A stretch of 64,000 nucleotides of DNA from an uncultured Syntrophaceae bacterium (lineage in GTDB: Bacteria > Desulfobacterota > Syntrophia > Syntrophales > UBA4778), in NCBI GenBank assembly GCA_964597995.1, contig CAZRAC010000001.1, positions 23,556 to 87,555 of the forward strand, written 5' to 3'. Within the stretch, counting starts at the first letter, position 1; each line of letters opens with the position of its first letter. A program made the translations under genes and the position numbers. The notes under the pieces were generated by a model, which did not search any database, was not told the DNA's origin, and saw only the letters and a list, made by a program, of their open reading frames with translations. Below, one piece after another: positions 58,353 through 64,000 of the stretch.

Positions 58353-58687
58353 AACGTCGATCCTGTCGATCCTATTGAAAGTTGAAGCAGTCTTCTAAAC
58401 CATAGTCGCCGGAGTTTGTCAAGGAATTATTGAAAATTTCGTTATCGCACCCGTCACCTCCGGCATTCCGGCAACCGAACTGCCGCCTTTCTTTTTATCA
58501 GGACACATCCTCGTCTTCTATGTCTCCGCACTATCCTGATTCGGCGTCCAAGAAAAACTCTATACCAATATAATTACTTCTTGACATAAGTTTAATATAT
58601 AGATTAAAAAAGCATACATTGAGTATAAAAACACTTTTATGATTTTTTTAAGAACCTTGAGCGGGTGAAGAAAAGGAGGGTGAGATT

Positions 58688-59683
58688 ATGTTTTTGAAAG
58701 AGAAATGCGACCTATGCGGTGATTGTCTTGTCAATTGTAAATATCTAACTTATGACAAGGAATCCGCCGGTGCGGAGATAAGACGCCTGATTAATGGGGA
58801 GAAAGCAGAGATTCTTTCTTCCTGTATTACCTGCTGCGCCTGCAATGAATATTGTCCTACAGGGGCAAATCCTTTCGATCTGATAAACGAACTCCAGGAA
58901 AGGTACTTCGCTTTTTTTGTTCCCAAAACCTCCTGGGATTTTTACAACAGTGTTATCGCCTCACCGGGCCGAGTAACAGAGGGGGATCCCGACAAACCGG
59001 CATTGTCACTTTGCGTTATGCCCCCGGTTCTTCCAAAAGATCTGATAAGTGGTCGTATGTTTGAGGGTTTAACCCTTGCACAAGGCGGGGATTATTTTTG
59101 CTGGTTTGGTTACGTCCATTTCGGAACGGAAACCCCGGTTAGAAAAAATGCTCAAAAATTCGTTGATGCGATTGCGAGCCTTAATCGTCGCGAAGTTGTC
59201 TTCCTTCATGATGACTGCTATGCCATGATCAAGAGCAAAGCGCCGGAATACGGAATTCCCGTACCCTTCAAGCCAATCCATATTCTCGAATATATCGCCG
59301 ACTACCTAAAAGACCATGAATCGGAAATCAAAAAGCTTAGTATGCGGGTAGCTTACCAGCGGCCCTGCGCATCAAGATATACTCCTGAAAAGGAAAAGTT
59401 GGTTCAAGAGATATTCGATTTAGTCGGTGTAAAATGGGTTGACCAAAAGTATAAAGGGGTCGACTCGCTATGCTGCGGTGTCCTGACTTTAAATGCAGAC
59501 CCGGAAAGAGGACGGGCTATCATGAACAGGAATTTGTCAGACATGGAGGAGCATGGAGCGGAGGGGGTGGTCTTCCTGTGCCCTGTTTGCCAGTACGGAC
59601 TCTCCGAACAGGCTGCGCAACGAGGGATGAGGCCGATCCACATCATCGACCTCGCCAAATTGGCATTAGGGGAAATTCTTTAG
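58688..59683 (+). CDS. (Fe-S)-binding protein with ferredoxin-like Cys motifs and CCG domains (HdrD/GlpC-like)
   Basis: 331 aa. CDLCGDCLVNC and CITCCACNEYCP, then CCG-type motifs (QRPCA..., LCCGV, FLCPVC). Confidence 0.75.
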   Translation: MFLKEKCDLCGDCLVNCKYLTYDKESAGAEIRRLINGEKAEILSSCITCCACNEYCPTGANPFDLINELQERYFAFFVPKTSWDFYNSVIASPGRVTEGDPDKPALSLCVMPPVLPKDLISGRMFEGLTLAQGGDYFCWFGYVHFGTETPVRKNAQKFVDAIASLNRREVVFLHDDCYAMIKSKAPEYGIPVPFKPIHILEYIADYLKDHESEIKKLSMRVAYQRPCASRYTPEKEKLVQEIFDLVGVKWVDQKYKGVDSLCCGVLTLNADPERGRAIMNRNLSDMEEHGAEGVVFLCPVCQYGLSEQAAQRGMRPIHIIDLAKLALGEIL

Positions 59684-59932
59684 GGCTCATTGCATCGAAG
59701 CTTCACCCGTTTTCGTCTGACAGAAAAAATTGTGGGTCCTCTTCGGTACCGGCTACGAACATAGACGTAGCCGACCAACCAAAACCATGGTATAAAAACT
59801 CGTGGACATACTCCCCCCTTCGTATCCGGAAATTTTTATGCTTTTCCTTTTTGGGGTGCATGTCCATCTTTTTCAACCGCCAAGCGAACGCACTAACCGG
59901 ATGAACCGCCTCATTTTGGACGATTATGGTTG

Positions 59933-60062
59933 ATGGACTCGTAAAAAGTCGAGAATTACGCGTTTCGTCATTCCGGCGAACGCCGGAATCCAGTATATTC
60001 AATATGTTCTGGATGCCGGATCAAGTCCGGCATGACGTTTTTGGACTTTTTACGGGGACGTC
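59933..60062 (+). mobile_element. MITE-like element, short (130 bp) variant, copy E
   Basis: Same termini as copies A and B, without the 26-nt internal hairpin module. Flanked by ATGGTTG / ATGGTTA (6 of 7 positions match). Confidence 0.75.
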
Positions 60063-60092
60063 ATGGTTAGGGCAGGACAAAAGGTCAGAAAG

Positions 60093-60704
60093 ATGAAAAG
60101 AAAAGAAGAGAAACATCCCCGTTATGGAAAGAGGTTAAAATACTTCAGGATTGCCAGAGGCGTCACGATCAAAGAATTGGCGGAGGCCACCAACCTCTCA
60201 CCGTCTTTCATCAGCTTGATCGAGAACGACAAGACCGACGCCAGCTTTTCAAACATGCAGAAGATTCTAAGGTACTTGAATCTGACGCTCGCCGACTTGA
60301 CGGAAAATCAACCTGTCGACGGGAAAATGGTCCGCCTGAATGACGCAAGGAACATCACCAAGGTAAGGCTCGCCGATGCCCGCTACATCGGGCCTGATGA
60401 ACAGGGTACGGTCATCTTGGAACTGGTGAGCACCAAGAAGAACAAGAAAATATGGCCGGGTTATTTCATCATGAAGCCAGGGGCGGTGCTCGGTCCCATG
60501 CAGCATAAAGGAGAAGAGTTCTCGCATATAATCCAAGGCATCTTCGAAGTGAGGCTGAAAGACCCCAAGACCGGCACGGAAGAAATCCACCTTTTACGGA
60601 AGGGGGACACGATCTACCATCCCAGCAGCTACTTGCACACCTACAGAAATCTGAGCAAACGGGACGGGATATTCTTGGCGGCCGTAACCCCGCCTACTTT
60701 TTGA
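60093..60704 (+). CDS. XRE-family transcriptional regulator with a C-terminal cupin domain
   Basis: HTH GKRLKYFRIARGVTIKELAEATNLSPSFISLIEND and cupin H.GEEF..I.G......G. I prefer ATG 60093 because ATG 60063 sits in the MITE flank. Confidence 0.8.
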   Translation: MKRKEEKHPRYGKRLKYFRIARGVTIKELAEATNLSPSFISLIENDKTDASFSNMQKILRYLNLTLADLTENQPVDGKMVRLNDARNITKVRLADARYIGPDEQGTVILELVSTKKNKKIWPGYFIMKPGAVLGPMQHKGEEFSHIIQGIFEVRLKDPKTGTEEIHLLRKGDTIYHPSSYLHTYRNLSKRDGIFLAAVTPPTF

Positions 60705-60732
60705 CGGGTTTACTCCACGCGCTCGGGAGTTT

Positions 60733-61965
60733 TTAAGTATCGTCCCTGTTGCGGAGGTCTCTGCCGCGTGTCAGACGAAAAAGAAAGGCGATGTGGATAA
60801 GGATCAGTACGACCAAACCGCTGGAGCAAAGATAGACAATCCCCAGTGACCAGCGCGCGGACACCCACCCTACCAGGTAGACCGCCAGCGCCCCCACCCC
60901 GAAAATCAGGATCGACCCCAACCCATAACCGGTGCTTCGCCACCGCGGCGGCGTGAACACGGCGATCAGGCTGTTTTCTATGGGCTGGATGCCCAGCGCG
61001 AAAAACACGTAGACCGCCGCCGCAGCGACGAGCCATTGGTCGCTGAGGAAGGCCAACAACAGTGCGAGCGGCATGGTGACGGCATAGAAGAAGAACCAGA
61101 GCCGCTTCAATTCGTGGCGGTCGGCGATCTTCCCGCCCCAGACTTGACCGAATATGCCCGCCACATAGATGAGTGACGTCAAGGTTGCTGCGGCCATCGT
61201 CGTCGTGGCCGCCATCGTCGGGATGCTGAGCATGTCGTGGAAGTAACGGGCAAGCAGGCCCGCTTTCATTTCCAAGTATGCCGGAAGGGCGACAATGTTT
61301 ATCCGGTACACCAAACCGCCCAGGGTCACGACCCAGAAGAAGAGGACCACTGACCCCCATGTGAATCCTTTATCGTTTCCTCCACCGTTGAGTGCGGCCG
61401 GTTTTTTGCTGATGTGTGATTCGTCTATGCGGAAAAACAGCATGGCCACACCGCAAGACAGGCTGACGACACCCATCGCCGCATAGGCCAATTTCCATCC
61501 GGCAAGCCAGTTCAGGATGCCGACCAGAAAAGGCCCGACGATCAATCCGACAGTCCCGGCGACACTGTAGACTCCCAGCGCCGACCCCCGGCTTTCGCCC
61601 CCGTGCGAAATCAGTCCCATGCCGGCGGGGTGACAGATGCAGCAGAATATCCCGATCAGGGCGAGAGACCACATGATGCCCGTCGGGGTGGACGAGAGCG
61701 CGGCCAGGAAAGAACCGGCGGCGCAACCGAAGAAACCAATCATCAGGGTGAGGTGGTTGGTGAAGCGGTCGGCGAAAAACCCCCAAGGCAGGGAAAAAAC
61801 GCCGAAAGCCACGTACATGGGGAATCCGAGCGCGAGGACATCCTTGAGGCTCATCCCCAGCGATAAAGTCAACGGGATGGCCAACGCCGGGAAGGCGATC
61901 TCGTAGAAATGGAAGAGAAAGTGCGAGGCGATGGGGAAAAAGATGGCCTTCTTTTCGTCTCTCAT
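60733..61965 (-). CDS. MFS transporter
   Basis: 410 aa, about 12 predicted TM helices, MFS loop motif GFFADRF. Confidence 0.85.
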   Translation of the reverse strand: MRDEKKAIFFPIASHFLFHFYEIAFPALAIPLTLSLGMSLKDVLALGFPMYVAFGVFSLPWGFFADRFTNHLTLMIGFFGCAAGSFLAALSSTPTGIMWSLALIGIFCCICHPAGMGLISHGGESRGSALGVYSVAGTVGLIVGPFLVGILNWLAGWKLAYAAMGVVSLSCGVAMLFFRIDESHISKKPAALNGGGNDKGFTWGSVVLFFWVVTLGGLVYRINIVALPAYLEMKAGLLARYFHDMLSIPTMAATTTMAAATLTSLIYVAGIFGQVWGGKIADRHELKRLWFFFYAVTMPLALLLAFLSDQWLVAAAAVYVFFALGIQPIENSLIAVFTPPRWRSTGYGLGSILIFGVGALAVYLVGWVSARWSLGIVYLCSSGLVVLILIHIAFLFRLTRGRDLRNRDDT

Positions 61966-62052
61966 CCGATCTACCCCAGACCCCCTATTGCGGTTGATGT
62001 CTATCGTACGATGGACCGCCCGTCAAGAGACATCTTGTTCCCGGGCAGAAAA

Positions 62053-62958
62053 TCACTGCATCAGGCAGGTTATTATCGCCTTTGAGACGTCGAGCATGTC
62101 ATCAAGCGGGATAAAGCGGCCCCTGCCGGCTCGAGCTATCTCCTTTGCGAGTTTGACGTTCCCACCCGGCAGGTTGATGACGTGGAGTTGCGGGAACCTC
62201 AATGCTATCTTAATAGGATCCTGACCAACGTTTTGCCAGCCATCGGTCAGCAATATCCCCATTTTCTGCTGAACATTCGACCTTCTCAGCTCTTGCAGTC
62301 CCGCCGTCAGGCCGATCGCGATGTTTGTGCGACCTTCTGGCAGTATATCCAGTATGCCGCGGATTACCTCGTCCAGATGCCTCGGCTGGTCGATGCGCTT
62401 GAAAACGTGGTATTTCTCGGAAAACAAGACGATGCCGTAATCATCTTTGAAGTCCAGGTTCATGGCAAGGGACGATGCGGCGATCGCTGCGATCGAGAGG
62501 TTGGACCCGTGCATCGAACCGGAGGAATCGATCATGATTATTGCTGATTTCTTGTGCTTTTTTCTGTCGATGACGTAGATGTTGTCGTAGGATAGAAAGC
62601 GGCTCTCCGTCAGGCCTTCCACGGTCCGGTCGAGGTCGATCTCGTCGCCCTGAAAGTTAAAATGCCTTACAACCGGCTCTCCGGTCGGGGTCCCGCTTTG
62701 CCATACGATGCTTTTAGAGACCCGGTAGACCATCCCGATCATCAGATGGACAAACCTGTGACGGGTTTCGTCGTCCAGGCGATCCCATGTCATCGTGAGC
62801 AGTTTTCTCAGTAGATCAGGGTTGCTTTCCTCCCACTGTGCGAGGACGAGGCGGTAATTCCCGAGCATATCCCCGATTCGCAAGGCATGGTCTTGCGCAA
62901 AATCGATCAGCCGCTCCAACTGATTGCCCTCGATCATGGACTCAATCTGTCGGTCCAT
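62053..62958 (-). CDS. von Willebrand factor type A (vWA) domain protein
   Basis: 301 aa. MIDAS motif IMIDSSGSM, a later T (GRTNIA), and LLTDG. There is no obvious Shine-Dalgarno before ATG 62958. Confidence 0.8.
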   Translation of the reverse strand: MDRQIESMIEGNQLERLIDFAQDHALRIGDMLGNYRLVLAQWEESNPDLLRKLLTMTWDRLDDETRHRFVHLMIGMVYRVSKSIVWQSGTPTGEPVVRHFNFQGDEIDLDRTVEGLTESRFLSYDNIYVIDRKKHKKSAIIMIDSSGSMHGSNLSIAAIAASSLAMNLDFKDDYGIVLFSEKYHVFKRIDQPRHLDEVIRGILDILPEGRTNIAIGLTAGLQELRRSNVQQKMGILLTDGWQNVGQDPIKIALRFPQLHVINLPGGNVKLAKEIARAGRGRFIPLDDMLDVSKAIITCLMQ

Positions 62959-63038
62959 CCGCGTGTATTCGGATTTGTCGCGGGGACTCCGTCCCGTAGC
63001 CGTGCCGGAGAATAGATCGACTTCACCGGGAGGGGGTG

Positions 63039-63908
63039 TCAGTTTTTTTTTTGAAGGTTGCCGAATATCTCTCCGATGACATCTTCGGGCGTCTTTTCCG
63101 ATGTCTCGTATATCCAGATCTTGCTCCTGAATGACATGATCGCGGAGCGCAGGAGTAGGCCATCGTCGAGTTTACGGTCGGTTACCGCACGTCCCAAGCC
63201 GTTCATCGCCTTCGCATAGATGTCGATCATGTCGATGCTCCCGCGGACAGACGATCCCAACTTGACATCCGGATGCCTGCGTGTGGCCCTGGCGATGGCG
63301 ACGGCAAGCGCGATGACCTCGCTCGAGTCGAGGTTCGTCCTTCTCCTCACGATTTCTCTTTCTTCTTCTTCCGATTGATAATCCATCCGGATAGAAGAGA
63401 ACCTGTCTTTCAAGGCCCGGGATATCCGGCTGATGCCGATATCGTCGAGGGGGTTCAATGCGGCTATGATCCGAAAACCCGGGTTCGACTCGACGATACC
63501 CAACCTCGGCACAGTGAGTTTCTTTTCCGACATGACGGTGACGAACACGTTGGTCGTTTCATCCGGCAGCCTGTTGAACTCCTCTATGTAAAGATAGCTT
63601 CCCTTTTGCATGGCTTCGAGCAGGGGGCCGGGAATAAAGTACTCCGGTTTGTACCCTTTCGACAGTGTTTCGGCGGGGTCGAAATAGCCGATCAGCTTGG
63701 AAGTCGTAAGGTCGCTGTTTCCCGTGATTAAACAGTACTCGGTCCCCAGATGATCTGCGATGGCCTTGAGGATGGTGGACTTGGAAGTCCCCGGGGGACC
63801 CTCCAAGAAGATGTGCTTCCCTGCCTCAAGGGCCGAAACGATCATCAGTATTTCTTCCTGTCTGCCCACTACCTCTTCATAAATCTCTTCAATGCAATCG
63901 ATCATCAT
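63039..63908 (-). CDS. MoxR-like AAA+ ATPase (AAA_5)
   Basis: 289 aa. Walker A GPPGTSKST, Walker B LYIEEFNR, sensor/arginine region AALNP. It is paired with the downstream vWA gene. Confidence 0.85.
   Translation of the reverse strand: MMIDCIEEIYEEVVGRQEEILMIVSALEAGKHIFLEGPPGTSKSTILKAIADHLGTEYCLITGNSDLTTSKLIGYFDPAETLSKGYKPEYFIPGPLLEAMQKGSYLYIEEFNRLPDETTNVFVTVMSEKKLTVPRLGIVESNPGFRIIAALNPLDDIGISRISRALKDRFSSIRMDYQSEEEEREIVRRRTNLDSSEVIALAVAIARATRRHPDVKLGSSVRGSIDMIDIYAKAMNGLGRAVTDRKLDDGLLLRSAIMSFRSKIWIYETSEKTPEDVIGEIFGNLQKKN
63043..63052 (-). repeat. A10 homopolymer (coding strand) ending the MoxR ORF
   Basis: Coding strand CAA AAA AAA AAC TGA, which is T x 10 on the plus strand at 63043-63052. 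This is unusual in a GC-rich genome. Confidence 0.9.
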
Positions 63909-63925
63909 TCAACCTTTGAAAATTG

Positions 63926-64000
63926 ATGGACTCGTAAAAAGTCGAGAATTACGCGTTTCGTCATTCCGGCGAACGCCGGAATCCAGTATATTCAATATGT
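63926..64000 (+). mobile_element. MITE-like element, copy F, cut by the window end
   Basis: ATGGACTCGTAAAAAGTCGAGAATTACGCGTTTCGTCATTCCGGCGAACGCCGGAATCCAGTATATTCAATATGT is identical to the first 75 nt of copy A. Confidence 0.7.

Noticed and set aside
58353-58687. Replication origin (oriC) next to rpmH
   Set aside because: The rpmH-rnpA-yidD-yidC-jag-mnmE cluster usually neighbours dnaA/oriC, and 58560-58680 is AT-rich. However, dnaA is absent from the window and I found no cluster of TTATCCACA-like boxes. The region is more simply a divergent promoter region.
62959-63041. In-frame stop-codon read-through from MoxR into vWA
   Set aside because: On first reading the two ORFs looked in frame. 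Recounting shows an 80-nt gap, which is not a multiple of 3, so simple TGA read-through cannot fuse them. Only a -1 shift in the A10 tract does, and that is reported as a finding.

Overview
This 64 kb window is a GC-rich bacterial chromosome segment. Spot counts give about 60% G+C in core genes. All calls come from reading the sequence and ORF translations and recognising motifs; no database search or covariance model was run. Gene content suggests a strict anaerobe, possibly deltaproteobacterium-like, but I cannot verify the lineage: FprA-rubredoxin-rubrerythrin, SufC/SufBD, an HdrD-like CCG protein, Hbd and a dCache chemoreceptor. About 60 CDS are supportable. Core blocks: (1) thioesterase-lgt-trxB; (2) gcvPA-gcvPB-lipA-lpd plus glutaminyl cyclase; (3) sufBD-sufC-endoIII-like-htrA-rlmI; (4) a yhiI-rbbA-yhhJ-type ABC exporter; (5) the origin-proximal-type cluster rpmH-rnpA-yidD-yidC-jag-mnmE. 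RNA and regulatory elements: one clear cobalamin riboswitch with its own terminator, and several hairpin terminators. I saw no rRNA, tRNA or CRISPR array. Repeats: six copies of a highly structured 130/154-bp MITE-like element, with two 154-bp copies identical and flanked by 7-bp target-site duplications. Accessory, AT-richer patches carry the most interesting content. (a) A 1005-aa SF1 helicase + PLD nuclease + two zinc modules, Mokosh type II-like, with a small upstream partner ORF; this is the best candidate for an undescribed defence variant. (b) A translationally coupled DUF4384 protein plus an exported WD40-Ig-caspase lipoprotein. (c) A B12-riboswitch-controlled MDR dehydrogenase plus a divergent TrpD-like enzyme. 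(d) A MoxR/vWA pair joined by an A10 tract that would fuse the two ORFs after a -1 shift. (e) A TPR-SNF2 helicase with a Zn-ribbon partner. (f) An orphan beta-class DNA methyltransferase fused to a degenerate SNase-like domain. (g) A PA2778/PA2779-like peptidase system in which peptidase and TPR parts are split.
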